Below are positions 27,567-38,338 of a stretch of 64,000 bases of DNA, piece by piece. Position 1 is the first letter of the stretch. Each line of letters begins with the position of its first letter. A model generated the notes under the pieces. The model was not told the DNA's origin. It was given only the letters and a program-made list of their open reading frames with translations, and did not search any database. The DNA lies in IMG/VR virus record IMGVR_UViG_3300009136_000001, positions 1 through 64,000 of that record. The stretch is one strand, 5' to 3'. Source of the DNA: a virus. The translations under genes were made by a program, and so were the position numbers.

Positions 27567-29661
27567 AGACCAGACCACAGTTCCTGTCGTAGAGCAGAAG
27601 CCCCTGACTGAGTGGGCTAATGAGCCAAGTTTGGCTACTCTGAAAACGAACCTCAAGGATTCGAACGACGAACATAATAAGCAAACTGGTATCATCGATC
27701 GATATATCAAGAACCTCAATGGTGAGCCGAACTTCGTTGTCCGGAAAGGCAAGTCCAAAGTTGTACCCAAAACAATTCGCAAGCAAGCTGAGTGGCGTTA
27801 CGCTGCACTGTCTGAGCCATTCCTGAGCACAGATAGCCTGTTCGAAGTTGAGCCGGTTACCTGGGAAGATAAGCAAGCTGCTGCACAGAACAAGCTGGTA
27901 CTCAACAACCAGATGAATCAACGCATCGATAAGGTAGATTTTATCGATGAGTACGTCAGAACCATCACCGATGAAGGAACAGTAATAGTCAAAGTTGGCT
28001 GGAAGTTCGAATCTGAACTCAAGATGGTCGAGCAGGATGTCATGGAAATGCAACCTGTTCTGGATAACCAGAAAGCTCAGATGATGATCCAAGCAGGCCA
28101 GGAACCACTGGAGCCGGTAAAGGTCGGCACTGAAATGGTTGAACGTGAGGTCATCATCTACAATCAGCCTACGCTGGAGATCTGTGATTACAACCATGTG
28201 ATTTTGGATCCAACAGCCAAGGGCGTATTGTCCAAAGCTCAGTTTGTCATCTACCGCTTTGAATCCACGATCTCCGATCTGAAGAAAGACGGACGTTACC
28301 AGAATCTGGATGATATCCGGCTTGACGGTACAGAAGATGCTCAGCATGAACTGGATACCGAAAACAGCGACAGCGTTACTTTCACCTTCGAAGACGAAGC
28401 CCGTAAGAAAGTCTGGGTTTACGAATACTGGGGTTTCTACGATTACAATGAAACCGGCATCGTTGAACCCTTTATTGCGGCATGGGTCGGCAATGTCAAA
28501 ATCCGTATGGAAGAGAATCCCTTCCCGGATAAGCAACTTCCTTTCATCAATGTCCAATACCTGCCCGTACGTAAAAAGAACTACGGTCAGCCTGATGGCT
28601 ACTTGCTGGAAGAGAATCAGAACATCGTTGGTGCTGTCACCCGTGGCATGATTGATATCATGGGCCGAAGCGCTAATGCTCAACAGGGCGTACGCAAAGA
28701 TGCTCTGGACGTAACCAATAGTCGTAGGTTCGAGAACGGTGAAGATTACAAGTTCAACACCAATGTCGATCCTCGCCAAGCTTTCCATATGGGTACCTAC
28801 CCCGAGATCCCCAACTCAGCTATGCTGATGATCAACCATCAGTCTAATGAGGCGGAAGCGCTTACGGGTGTCAAAGCCTTCTCGCAGGGCATCACAGGGG
28901 ACTCCCTGGGTGCGAATGTCGGTAACGCTCGTGGTGCACTGGATGCAGCTTCAAAGCGTGAGCTGGGCATCCTGAGGCGTCTGGCATGGGGTATCGTACA
29001 GATAGGGCGCAAGTTCATCAGTATGAATTCAGAATTCCTGAGTGATGTCGAAGTAGTTCGTATCACCAATGAAGAGTTTGTCGAGGTTCGTCGTGACGAC
29101 CTGGCTGGTAAGTTCGACCTGAAACTGTCGATCTCTACCGCTGAGTCAGATAACGAGAAGGCTCAAGAGCTGGCATTCATGCTACAGACAACTGGGCCGA
29201 GTTCTGATCCGGGCGAAACTCGTATCATCCGGGCAGAGATAGCACGCCTACGTAAGATGCCTGCACTTGCCAAGCGCATCGAGGAGTACCAACCGCAACC
29301 TGATCCCTTGCAGCAGAAGAAAGCACAGCTTGAAATTGCTTTACTGGAAGCTCAGGTGTTGAATGAACGCGCCAAGGGACAAGAGAACGCAGTCGATGTA
29401 CAGCTCAAGTCTGCTAAGACTCAGACTGAGGTTGCCAAGACTCGTAACCTTAACTCAACGTCTGATCAGCAGGATCTGGACTTCGTTGAACAGGATCAAG
29501 GTATCAAGCACAATCAAGCGATTGACCTGAAAGAACTTGATGGTAAGATCGATTTGGACAGCAAAGCAGCTGATAAAATGCTCGAAAGTGGTGATACTGA
29601 GCAAAATACTGACACTCCGGAGGCACAAGACACTTCTTTTCTTGAAGAATTTCAGATATAG
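27556..29661 (+). CDS. Portal protein (N4 gp59-like)
   Basis: LTEWANEPS, PKTIRKQAEWRYAALSEPFL, TRGMIDIMGRSANAQQG, EALTGVKAFSQGI. Confidence 0.93.
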   Translation: MQSEDQTTVPVVEQKPLTEWANEPSLATLKTNLKDSNDEHNKQTGIIDRYIKNLNGEPNFVVRKGKSKVVPKTIRKQAEWRYAALSEPFLSTDSLFEVEPVTWEDKQAAAQNKLVLNNQMNQRIDKVDFIDEYVRTITDEGTVIVKVGWKFESELKMVEQDVMEMQPVLDNQKAQMMIQAGQEPLEPVKVGTEMVEREVIIYNQPTLEICDYNHVILDPTAKGVLSKAQFVIYRFESTISDLKKDGRYQNLDDIRLDGTEDAQHELDTENSDSVTFTFEDEARKKVWVYEYWGFYDYNETGIVEPFIAAWVGNVKIRMEENPFPDKQLPFINVQYLPVRKKNYGQPDGYLLEENQNIVGAVTRGMIDIMGRSANAQQGVRKDALDVTNSRRFENGEDYKFNTNVDPRQAFHMGTYPEIPNSAMLMINHQSNEAEALTGVKAFSQGITGDSLGANVGNARGALDAASKRELGILRRLAWGIVQIGRKFISMNSEFLSDVEVVRITNEEFVEVRRDDLAGKFDLKLSISTAESDNEKAQELAFMLQTTGPSSDPGETRIIRAEIARLRKMPALAKRIEEYQPQPDPLQQKKAQLEIALLEAQVLNERAKGQENAVDVQLKSAKTQTEVAKTRNLNSTSDQQDLDFVEQDQGIKHNQAIDLKELDGKIDLDSKAADKMLESGDTEQNTDTPEAQDTSFLEEFQI

Positions 29662-29702
29662 TCTGGAACTATCAGTAAGTAAATACTTATTGACATAACT
29701 AA

Positions 29703-29727
29703 TATAACAACAGGACAACCCAAAATG
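29703..29727 (+). promoter_or_regulatory. Conserved leader motif (copy 2); TTGACA at 29690
   Basis: 22/25 nt identical to 17547-17571. Confidence 0.55.
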
Positions 29728-30075
29728 ACTGACGTAGCAAGCAACGAGATGGATGCCATCCAGATGGAAATTGAAATGGCGCAGGACATGATCAAAGCCC
29801 GTGACGCACTGGTTCGATTGACCAGCAACGCGGATTTTAATCTGGTATTTACCCAGGGATATTTCGAGAAGGAAGCTTCTCGATTGGTTTTGCTCAAGGC
29901 GGAAGCCAGTATGGAAGATGAGCAGAAGCAGAAGAACGTTGATGACTCGATCATCGGTATTGGTCAGTTGTACCAGTACTGCCGCGCAGTGATGGCTCAG
30001 GGACAACAGTGTGATGCTGCTGTCGCCGATTACGAGCAGGAACTCGAAACCATGCGCGCTGACGAGTTAAGCTAA
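29725..30075 (+). CDS. N4 gp58-like protein
   Basis: ALVRLTSNADF..GYFEKEASRLV; position after portal. Confidence 0.75.
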   Translation: MTDVASNEMDAIQMEIEMAQDMIKARDALVRLTSNADFNLVFTQGYFEKEASRLVLLKAEASMEDEQKQKNVDDSIIGIGQLYQYCRAVMAQGQQCDAAVADYEQELETMRADELS

Positions 30076-30076
30076 G

Positions 30077-31396
30077 ATGAGTGTACCTGCAGAGACTATG
30101 GCTGCCGATCCAGCCCTCGCCGCTCCAGATGCTGCCATTGAAACCACTGATACTACTACGGTAGACAGTGACCGAGCAGCCGAGAACTCTGACAACGAGA
30201 TCCAGACTACGGAAATTGACTTCCTGGATCTCCCCGATGATGAGGTAGATGCTTACTTCATGAAGGAGTTGGAAAAAACTCCTGAGGCGGAAGACTCTGC
30301 AGGTACTGATGATCCACAATCTGATGAGGCTGCTGCGGCAGCCGCTGATGATCCGAAAGCCGACGATGACGAGGACGGTGAAGATGACGGAGAAGCTGCT
30401 GCTACTGAAAATCTGGATAGCGGTGAAGCTGCTTCAGACGATGATTCTGATGCTGGCGATGATACAGCCAGTGATGACAAAGCTTCCGGAGATGAAGCTG
30501 AAGCTGAAGAAGGAGATTCAGCTGGTGACGAAACTGAAGGACAAGACGATGATATTGTCACAACGGCTCTTGAGGATCTTGAAAAGATTTTAAGCCCGTT
30601 CAAGGCGAACGGAAAAGACATTCAAGTAGAGAATGTCGACGATGCAATAACCCTCATGAAGATGGGTGCGAACTACAACAAGAAGATGGCTGCACTTAAG
30701 CCTAACCTTCGGTTCGTTAAAATGCTCGAACAAAATGATTTGTTGGATGAAGGTAAACTTACTACGCTGATCGACATCAGCAAGAAGAACCCTTCAGCTA
30801 TCGCCAGGTTCGTAAAGGACAATGCGATCGACACCGACGAAATACTCGCAGAAGACGCGAGTGAAAATTATTCACCAGGAAAGTACGAAGTAAATGACTC
30901 CGAAATAGAGTTAGACCAAGTGCTTGATGGTATCAGGGGAAATGAATCATTCTCCCGAACCATAGACGTAGTGAGCAATCAATGGGATGCGAAGAGTAAG
31001 CAAATTATCTTCAACGATCCGAATATTATCACTGTAATTGATTCACAGATTGCGTCCGGAGTATTTGACAAGATTGTCAACCGGATGGAAACTGAGAAAA
31101 TGTTAGGCAAGTTGAATGGTGTGTCCGACATTGTAGCGTATAAGCAAATAGGTGAAGCATTAGCCGCTGCAGGTCTCTTGGAACCAACCCAAAAGGGCAA
31201 TGGTGAACAGACACAGACGACCACAACACAAGCCGAAAAGCCGGTAGACAAGGCACGCAATTCCAAACGGAAAGCAGCTGCGTCCACCAAACAAGCAGTC
31301 GCAAGCAAGAAGAAGACTGACTTGGACAATCTCAATCCGTTGAGCATGTCCGACGATGATTTCGAGAAAGTAGCGGCACAAACATTATTTAAGTAA
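30077..31396 (+). CDS. N4 gp57-like protein (probable capsid scaffold)
   Basis: Very acidic N-terminal linker; PFKANGK..LMKMGANY..KM; C-terminal NPLSMSDDDFEK. Confidence 0.8.
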   Translation: MSVPAETMAADPALAAPDAAIETTDTTTVDSDRAAENSDNEIQTTEIDFLDLPDDEVDAYFMKELEKTPEAEDSAGTDDPQSDEAAAAAADDPKADDDEDGEDDGEAAATENLDSGEAASDDDSDAGDDTASDDKASGDEAEAEEGDSAGDETEGQDDDIVTTALEDLEKILSPFKANGKDIQVENVDDAITLMKMGANYNKKMAALKPNLRFVKMLEQNDLLDEGKLTTLIDISKKNPSAIARFVKDNAIDTDEILAEDASENYSPGKYEVNDSEIELDQVLDGIRGNESFSRTIDVVSNQWDAKSKQIIFNDPNIITVIDSQIASGVFDKIVNRMETEKMLGKLNGVSDIVAYKQIGEALAAAGLLEPTQKGNGEQTQTTTTQAEKPVDKARNSKRKAAASTKQAVASKKKTDLDNLNPLSMSDDDFEKVAAQTLFK

Positions 31397-31414
31397 TTAC
31401 AGAGGTAATATCTC

Positions 31415-32830
31415 ATGGCTTTCGAAGACGCGAGAATTTATGGCCCAGAGTCGGATGGTACCAGTTCAAGTATCGGTGCATCGACTCAAATTAATCCAAT
31501 TTGGTTCTGGAAAAAAGCCCTTGTCGAAATCGTCAAGGAACAGTATTTCGGTCAGCTGGCTGACGTACGCTCTATGCCTAAGCATATGGGTAAAACAATC
31601 AAGCAGCACCACTACCTGCCTTTGCTCGACGATCGGAACACTTCTGATCAGGGTATTGACGCGGCTGGTACTGCACTTACCGTTACTGGCAAGTGGCACG
31701 TATTCGACGGTGGCATAATTGTCCCCGACGCAACTATCGCTACGAACGCCGCTGGTTTCGCAACTAAAGCTCTTGCCGTCGCTGCTATGACAGCTCCCGC
31801 AACTCAAGGCGCAGTCCTGGGTTCTGGTGCTCTGTACAGCTCAAGCAAGGATATCGGTTCCATTACCGCTCGTCTGCCTGCTCTTTCTGAGTCTGGTGGT
31901 CGTGTAAATCGTGTTGGTTTTACTCGTAAGACCATCGAAGCCACTATCGAGAAATTTGGCTTCTTCGACGAATACACTCAAGAGTCAATGGACTTCGATA
32001 CCGATGCTGACCTCATGATGCACATCTCTCGCGAGTCTACTCGTGGTGCTTCTGAGATCACTGAAGACATGCTCCAGATCGATCTGATCAATGGCGCAGG
32101 TAACACCTGGTTAACTGGTGACGCATCTGCGTTGTCTGATATCGGTACCGCAGCTGGTGCTGGTAACGCTGTTGACTGCCTGGTTACCTACGACGACCTG
32201 GTTCGCATGAGCATCGAGCTTGACAACAACCGTTGTCCGAAGCATACCAAGCTGATTTCTGGCTCACGTATGATCGATACCAAGACCATCAACGCAGCTC
32301 GTTATCTGTACTGTGGTTCCGTCATGCTTCCGCTGTTGAAGCAAATGAAGGACTACCATGGCGAGAAAGCATTCATCTCTGTTGAGAAGTATGCCGCTGC
32401 TGGAAACGTTGCCTTCGGCGAAGTTGGTTCTATCGATAACTTCCGCATCATCGTTGTCAACGAAATGGTTGAGTGGGACGGTGGCGGTAACGCTAACGCA
32501 ACTCCTGGAACTACTGACTTGATCGACACTACTACTGCTGGTACTCCTGGCTTTGGTCTCCCCGTCGGTTCTGTCCTTGCCTCTAACGGTGTTGACTTCA
32601 ACGTCTACCCGCTGTTGGTTGTCGGTTCCGGTTCATTCACTACCATCGGTTTCCAAACTGACGGCAAGTCAATGAAGTTCAAAATTCATCACAAGGCACC
32701 GGGTCTTGAGATGGCGGATCGCAACGATCCGTACGGTGAGATCGGGTTCTACTCGATCAAATGGTACTACGCTTTCATGGGCTTGCGTCCTGAGTGGATC
32801 ACCATTGGCTACACTGGAGCAGTCCAGTAG
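31415..32830 (+). CDS. Major capsid protein (N4 gp56-like)
   Basis: MPKHMGKTIK..YLPLLDDRN..DQGIDA, LSESGGRVNRVGFTR, DPYGEIGFYSIKWYY. Confidence 0.95.
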   Translation: MAFEDARIYGPESDGTSSSIGASTQINPIWFWKKALVEIVKEQYFGQLADVRSMPKHMGKTIKQHHYLPLLDDRNTSDQGIDAAGTALTVTGKWHVFDGGIIVPDATIATNAAGFATKALAVAAMTAPATQGAVLGSGALYSSSKDIGSITARLPALSESGGRVNRVGFTRKTIEATIEKFGFFDEYTQESMDFDTDADLMMHISRESTRGASEITEDMLQIDLINGAGNTWLTGDASALSDIGTAAGAGNAVDCLVTYDDLVRMSIELDNNRCPKHTKLISGSRMIDTKTINAARYLYCGSVMLPLLKQMKDYHGEKAFISVEKYAAAGNVAFGEVGSIDNFRIIVVNEMVEWDGGGNANATPGTTDLIDTTTAGTPGFGLPVGSVLASNGVDFNVYPLLVVGSGSFTTIGFQTDGKSMKFKIHHKAPGLEMADRNDPYGEIGFYSIKWYYAFMGLRPEWITIGYTGAVQ

Positions 32831-32855
32831 GCTAAGCTGTAAGCAGTAACTAAGT

Positions 32856-32884
32856 CTCCCCCCAAATGGGGGGAGTCTTTTTTT
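32856..32884 (+). terminator. Rho-independent terminator after the capsid gene
   Basis: ctcccccc-aaat-ggggggag followed by a T7 tract. Confidence 0.85.
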
Positions 32885-32915
32885 AACCATCAGAACTAAA
32901 ACAGGAATCATAAAC

Positions 32916-33521
32916 ATGTCTGATATACCTAACGACCCCCAAGTCGAAACTGAAGTAGAAACCCCAGCTGAAGCTCCATCCAGACTGGATACCCTCAAAC
33001 AACGTGCTGATATGCTCGGTCTTAAATACCATCACAAGATTGGTGAAACCAAACTTGCGGAGCAGATCGCTGCACACCTTGCCGACGATGTACCGGAAGA
33101 GCCTCAACCAGCCAGGGAAGTTCCCAGTGCTGCTGTAGCCCGTTCGACTCAGCTTGCTGAGAAGAAGAAGAAGGCTAACAAGCTTGTCCGTGTACGTGTT
33201 ACCTGCATGAATCCTAACAAACGTGAATGGGAAGGCGAGATCATCGCTTGCGGTAACCGATATTTCGGCAATATCAAAAAGTACATCCCGTTCGATAACG
33301 CGGAAGGCTGGCACATGCCATCTATCCTCGTGGATCTGTTGAAGTCAAAGAAGTGCCAGATCTTCGTGGAGCGTCGGAACGAGCGTGGTGAAAAATACAA
33401 GCAAGGACGACTCATTCCAGAGTATAATGTCGAGATACTTCCCGACTTATCTCGTGAGCAATTGGAAGAGTTAGCCAGGAAACAAGCGTTGAGTCATGCG
33501 ATCGACTCAAATGCCCCGTAA
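32916..33521 (+). CDS. N4 gp55-like protein
   Basis: LKQRADMLGLKY, LVRVRVTCMNPNKREWEGEI, LEELARKQA. Confidence 0.8.
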   Translation: MSDIPNDPQVETEVETPAEAPSRLDTLKQRADMLGLKYHHKIGETKLAEQIAAHLADDVPEEPQPAREVPSAAVARSTQLAEKKKKANKLVRVRVTCMNPNKREWEGEIIACGNRYFGNIKKYIPFDNAEGWHMPSILVDLLKSKKCQIFVERRNERGEKYKQGRLIPEYNVEILPDLSREQLEELARKQALSHAIDSNAP

Positions 33522-33527
33522 CAAATA

Positions 33528-33572
33528 ACCCAGTTTGGGTTTGGCTCGGACATAGCGAACCGGGTCTTTTTT
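33528..33572 (+). terminator. Terminator-like hairpin with large loop
   Basis: acccagtttg...cgaaccgggt followed by ctttttt. Confidence 0.45.
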
Positions 33573-33602
33573 ATACGAACCGTATAGAAAACAGGACACA
33601 TT

Positions 33603-34403
33603 ATGGTTGATATTACAGTAGCAGATCTGACGAATACCGATGACCCGAATGAGAATACGGGTACGGCAATCTTCGATACCCTGATGTCTGTGGTTGAAAG
33701 CCATATAGAGAACCAGTTTCAGAAAGGTCGCCTCAAGGGGACTGACTACGCAACGGTTTATCTCGGATCTTTACAAGCAGTCTTGTCACAGTCTGTGCAA
33801 TTCTTGCTGCAGGAACAAGCAGCTGGAAAGCAAGGTGACCTGATTGATGCTCAAATCACTGAAGCTGCAGCGACAACTATTCGAAACGATAGTTTAGCTG
33901 CGGCGGAAGTATCCCTCAAGGAAGCACAAGAGCTTGATGTCGAGTACGTCACTGCGAACCATCGTCCCGAACAAACTGTCCGGCTGCAAGAAGAAGTAGA
34001 TCTACTGCAGTCGCAAGACCTGACTGAGCTGCAGAAAGGTCTGACTGAAGTCAAGCAGACTCTCAAGGTACAAGCCGAGGTTGATCTGTTGGCTCAGAAG
34101 GAACTGACTGAACTGGCTCAAACCAGTGATACCGATGCCGTCAAGTACGGTGCTGGTGGAACAGCTCTCACAGGTGTCTTGGGCGCACAACAGTCGCTAT
34201 ACAATCACCAGGCAGCTGGATTTAAAGCTAAGCATCACGTTGATACTGTTAAGCAGTTGGCTGATGTATGGTCAGTTGCCTACGCCATCACGGATGGTGC
34301 ATCTCCGAATCTCCCGATAGCATTGACTGCCCTTGCTGGTGTGGATGCTACTGACTTCGATGTCGAGATCACCGAGATGCAAGCAGCCTTTGATAACATC
34401 TAA
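33603..34403 (+). CDS. N4 gp54-like virion protein
   Basis: GTAIFDTLM..HIENQF.KGRLKG.DYATVY, GVLGAQQSLY. Confidence 0.75.
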   Translation: MVDITVADLTNTDDPNENTGTAIFDTLMSVVESHIENQFQKGRLKGTDYATVYLGSLQAVLSQSVQFLLQEQAAGKQGDLIDAQITEAAATTIRNDSLAAAEVSLKEAQELDVEYVTANHRPEQTVRLQEEVDLLQSQDLTELQKGLTEVKQTLKVQAEVDLLAQKELTELAQTSDTDAVKYGAGGTALTGVLGAQQSLYNHQAAGFKAKHHVDTVKQLADVWSVAYAITDGASPNLPIALTALAGVDATDFDVEITEMQAAFDNI

Positions 34404-34663
34404 TGGTCAACAGGCGTGTATCTCAAGCCATTAATGCAATCCTCAAACAGCTAAACGCTACTACTCTCCCCCCGTACAAAACTCTCGGAGAGCTGACATT
34501 GGATCATGCAGGCTACCTCCTCTTTTTCATGCACCTGCATTTGAAGTTCAGGTGCTTTCCCTTGTCATATGTAGAATCTATTGAAAACCTGGATTCTATT
34601 AGCGGGCAGGACATCATAGAACGTATCAATGAAAACGTATCCATCGATAGTCTTCGCAACTGA
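34403..34663 (+). CDS. Hypothetical protein
   Basis: TAATG-coupled 86-aa ORF. Confidence 0.5.
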   Translation: MVNRRVSQAINAILKQLNATTLPPYKTLGELTLDHAGYLLFFMHLHLKFRCFPLSYVESIENLDSISGQDIIERINENVSIDSLRN

Positions 34664-35078
34664 GGACGACATACAGCTCGATTTCTCAGCTCTCATTGAG
34701 GATTACGAGGATTGTAACGGCACTGGGATGTCAGTCCCAGAAGCGAAGTACTTCGTCGAGCGTATGCAGCTATCTGTGAAGCAACGGATGGCTTACCGCA
34801 TGAAAGACAGCTTTATGTATATTTGTTACGAACCAAAGGACATACGTATCTTATCTTTGGGGTTAAATGATACCCCTATCAACGATGCCTATTTTCTGGC
34901 GTCATTGCTCAAGAAGCATAAACCCTATAGCTTCATGCCGTTGGGTCGAGATATCCGCAAATTACTGCCTTTTCTGAACCGTGTGAGCCATAAAAAATGG
35001 TTCCACAATCATACCCCGAGCATCAAGCTACTGGGTTACGAGCAGCTGGACGATCTACTGGAGTACCTCGATGTCTGA
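34629..35078 (+). CDS. Hypothetical protein
   Basis: 149 aa overlapping both neighbours in the virion operon. Confidence 0.55.
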   Translation: MKTYPSIVFATEDDIQLDFSALIEDYEDCNGTGMSVPEAKYFVERMQLSVKQRMAYRMKDSFMYICYEPKDIRILSLGLNDTPINDAYFLASLLKKHKPYSFMPLGRDIRKLLPFLNRVSHKKWFHNHTPSIKLLGYEQLDDLLEYLDV

Positions 35079-37737
35079 CGCACTCGGTAGTATTTGGGAT
35101 GCGTTTAGCGATCTTGTAGCTGATGCGATCGATGTTATCGGTTCTGTCGTAGAGGCTCTATGGAAAGAAATCGTAGCTCCGATTTTTGAAGAGATCATGA
35201 ACTGGCTGGGGTTTGAAGACCAGACCCTTGTCAACGGCTTCGTTGTCATCAACCGAACCATGACGGAAACATGGCAGCATCCGTACAAGCAAGCTGTCAT
35301 CAGTAAGGTTACCAATGATACTCAGATCCGTGATGAGATCATGAACGTGTTCCTCACCGGGTACCAGCAGCGCATTAAGCATTACATGAACTATGGTGAG
35401 AACACTTACTACTATGGTTTACCCACTGCCAGCTTTGCCATTCTGTCCGTCAAGGAAAGTGTGGTCAAAAGTATGATCGAGGCTGAAGAGGGTTACTCGA
35501 TTGTTATCAATAACCTGACACTGAGCAGCGCTAACGAAGATTTCCATGTCCACCAATGGATGCAGGATAACCTGGTTGGAGCCAGCCCGTATCGATTCAC
35601 TGGTGGATTCAATTACATTACCGTTGTTGCAACAGGACAAATCCATTACATAACAGATATCGTGTGGGATGCTACATCGATGAAGTACGATGTGGACACC
35701 TACTACTACACTGAGTACTCCTACGGGATTGAGACAGCGGTGAACTCACTGGTAACTGTGAACGATGACTACGACATGAGCTATGTGGTTTCCACTGCGC
35801 TCCTGCAACCCCTGTCACCGTCCTCTACGTACAGCATGGATGATGTAAGCGATCCTCAGGTCGGTATAGTTGATACTGCTGTGCACAGAGAAACTCCCTC
35901 TCTGGCAGGCGAATCTGTAGGTATCGTCACCACTGCTATCGTAGACGCTATCCCGACTGTCCCAGCGGGAACAGGCTGGGATCATGGGCAAGTGTCCCAG
36001 ACCTTTCAGGATATGATCGATCCGATGCCTGCAATCGGCAGAGGGTACGAAGTAACATACGTTCCGGTCAGTGATCAGTCTACCGGGGCATTGCGCTACT
36101 GGTCATACACGCTCTACAGCGGTGATACAGATAACCCATCACTATACGATACCACTCCATCTGTCGGTACTGACATAGCGAAGATCCTTCCCGTGGTTCC
36201 GCTCAAGATCAATAACGTATTCCAGGAAGCCGGTCATGGGATATCCCCCACAACCAAATACACTACTTCCAAGACCCTCCTGAAGAAGGTCAACATGCAG
36301 ATGCCTGATCTGATCCAGGGCTTGAAGGATACGGTACTGGCAGAGAATACTGAGATCAAGGATGCATTCCTTGTCTTCGGTGTTGACCTATCCATCGCTG
36401 GATCCAGTGCCACCAATAAATACCTGTATGAATTCGTTAACGAGACCATTGTCGGTATTGGTGGAACGTGGGCAAATTACCTGCTAATTAAAGCCGACCT
36501 GGATGACATCAATGGTGGTACGGGGAGCCAAGACGACATGCTCGATAAGTACATCGGTAACGGTTGGGAGACTCGGGAAATACCAGCGTACGTTACAGCA
36601 TGGATGGATTACTATCAGTCCGGGCCAAATCATGATGCATGGTCAGACTATTACGATGAGCTACGATTGGGATTAGTCACACGAGTCAGTAAAGAAATCA
36701 ACAGCATCTATGGTTCCTCTAAGGTCAAAATGCTTGTGAAGGAAGACGCATACAATGTGAACTTCTCATTCCAAGCCATTGAAGACAGCATAGTTAATGG
36801 CGTCATTGGGGCTGTCGGCACGTATACCAGTTCTCGATCAGCTACGAATTACAAGCTCACATTACGTAAGCAGATCAACGGTACTCAGTACGGACAGATT
36901 ATTGTTTACCTGGTTCAAGGCATGACTGTTTTGGATCTGCCTGGTAACGAGGTGCAGCTCTCCAAGCTGGACTTTGTTGGTTCCGATAACGGTGGCACGA
37001 ATGTCAAAGACAATATGCTCCTGCCTATGTCATGGGGGATCATAAAAGATCACTTCGGCCCAATTGAGATGAAGCAGCTCATCTACGAGACAATGCACCT
37101 CAACATCTTCGGGATCCAAGTCACTAAGCTTCGGTATTATGAAACTGCTGCATTCCAGGATTTCTTAAAAATCGTAGTGTCCATCGTAGCAATCGTGTAC
37201 ATCGCATTCACCCGTGATGTTACAGGTGCTGAGTTTCTCTGGGCATTGGCTACCAACTACGCTTCCGCTATTGCTATTGAGTATGTAATTACTCAGATTG
37301 TTCTGACTAACCCAGATAGCAAATTAGCTATCGCACTGGCTACAACCTTCGCAATAGTGGCTGCAGCATACACTGGACAGGGTGTAGAGACTGCAATTGA
37401 CACAGCTTTGCTGTCAATTAACGCAATGAGTCAAGTTTCTACTATATATGTTGATGTAAAGTCTGATATATTGCAGGATGAAGCATCGGATTTTTTAAAG
37501 ACCTCAGCTGAGAAGCAAGAGGAGCTGGACAACAAGTTTGCAGAGATACAGGAACACCAGGACTATATTAATTCGATCAAACGTATTATCATTAACAAGT
37601 TCGAAACATCCGATGAATTTTACCATCGTACCGGGAACGTAGAACTTCCTGAAGAGATGCTCGATCTTGACCGACTATTGAAGCTCGACATGTTTTTCGA
37701 AGCTCCAATTGTAAACACTACCGAACAGGAAGCATAG
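35071..37737 (+). CDS. N4 gp53-like virion (ejection) protein with C-terminal TM helices
   Basis: 888 aa; YYETAAFQ followed by several hydrophobic helices; synteny. Confidence 0.7.
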   Translation: MSDALGSIWDAFSDLVADAIDVIGSVVEALWKEIVAPIFEEIMNWLGFEDQTLVNGFVVINRTMTETWQHPYKQAVISKVTNDTQIRDEIMNVFLTGYQQRIKHYMNYGENTYYYGLPTASFAILSVKESVVKSMIEAEEGYSIVINNLTLSSANEDFHVHQWMQDNLVGASPYRFTGGFNYITVVATGQIHYITDIVWDATSMKYDVDTYYYTEYSYGIETAVNSLVTVNDDYDMSYVVSTALLQPLSPSSTYSMDDVSDPQVGIVDTAVHRETPSLAGESVGIVTTAIVDAIPTVPAGTGWDHGQVSQTFQDMIDPMPAIGRGYEVTYVPVSDQSTGALRYWSYTLYSGDTDNPSLYDTTPSVGTDIAKILPVVPLKINNVFQEAGHGISPTTKYTTSKTLLKKVNMQMPDLIQGLKDTVLAENTEIKDAFLVFGVDLSIAGSSATNKYLYEFVNETIVGIGGTWANYLLIKADLDDINGGTGSQDDMLDKYIGNGWETREIPAYVTAWMDYYQSGPNHDAWSDYYDELRLGLVTRVSKEINSIYGSSKVKMLVKEDAYNVNFSFQAIEDSIVNGVIGAVGTYTSSRSATNYKLTLRKQINGTQYGQIIVYLVQGMTVLDLPGNEVQLSKLDFVGSDNGGTNVKDNMLLPMSWGIIKDHFGPIEMKQLIYETMHLNIFGIQVTKLRYYETAAFQDFLKIVVSIVAIVYIAFTRDVTGAEFLWALATNYASAIAIEYVITQIVLTNPDSKLAIALATTFAIVAAAYTGQGVETAIDTALLSINAMSQVSTIYVDVKSDILQDEASDFLKTSAEKQEELDNKFAEIQEHQDYINSIKRIIINKFETSDEFYHRTGNVELPEEMLDLDRLLKLDMFFEAPIVNTTEQEA

Positions 37738-37738
37738 C

Positions 37739-38338
37739 ATGGCACAACAGCAGACTTCATTTCTCCCTACTGATTTCGGAGCAAATGCGAATCTTAACCT
37801 TGGCAACCAGCAGACTCCGTTTGGTATACCAGACTTTGCTGCCAATGGCGGAGCACAATCAACTCTCTCACCGCTGAACTATCAGGTACCGACAAATTAC
37901 ATGGATGCTGCTGGAGCAGACTTCACTGGTCTCAGTGATATCCCCGGTCAAGGTGGGCCTGGAGGAGATTTACCTGGATTCAATTTTACTGACTTCCTCT
38001 TCGGGAAATCTGAACAAGGTGCAGACGGTGCTGTTATGAATACCCCCGGAGCACTCAAACCGATATCCAGTGCACTTGGATCAGTAGCTAATATCTACTT
38101 CGGTATGAAGAGCCTGAACATGGCTGAAGACCAATTCGATTTCCAGAAGGAAGCGTTCAACAAGAACTTCGACGCCAATGCTCTATCCTTCAACAACCAG
38201 GTTCAAGGCCGGTCAGACGCGGTAGCCAACGCTACCTCAAATGCTGATCTCGGTATCGCCAATGATGCGACTCCTGCACAGCGAGCAGAAGCGGAAGCTG
38301 CATTCTCTAAACAACGCTCAGCAGGGAAGACCCTCTAA
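37739..38338 (+). CDS. N4 gp52-like ejection protein
   Basis: YFGMKSLNMAEDQFDFQKEAFNKNF motif; synteny. Confidence 0.7.
   Translation: MAQQQTSFLPTDFGANANLNLGNQQTPFGIPDFAANGGAQSTLSPLNYQVPTNYMDAAGADFTGLSDIPGQGGPGGDLPGFNFTDFLFGKSEQGADGAVMNTPGALKPISSALGSVANIYFGMKSLNMAEDQFDFQKEAFNKNFDANALSFNNQVQGRSDAVANATSNADLGIANDATPAQRAEAEAAFSKQRSAGKTL

Noticed and set aside
27478-28788. 436-aa antisense ORF
   Set aside because: Shadow of the portal gene, with no motifs
30240-30560. Low-complexity GAT/GAA/GCT-rich DNA
   Set aside because: Encodes the acidic linker of the gp57-like protein; not a DNA repeat element
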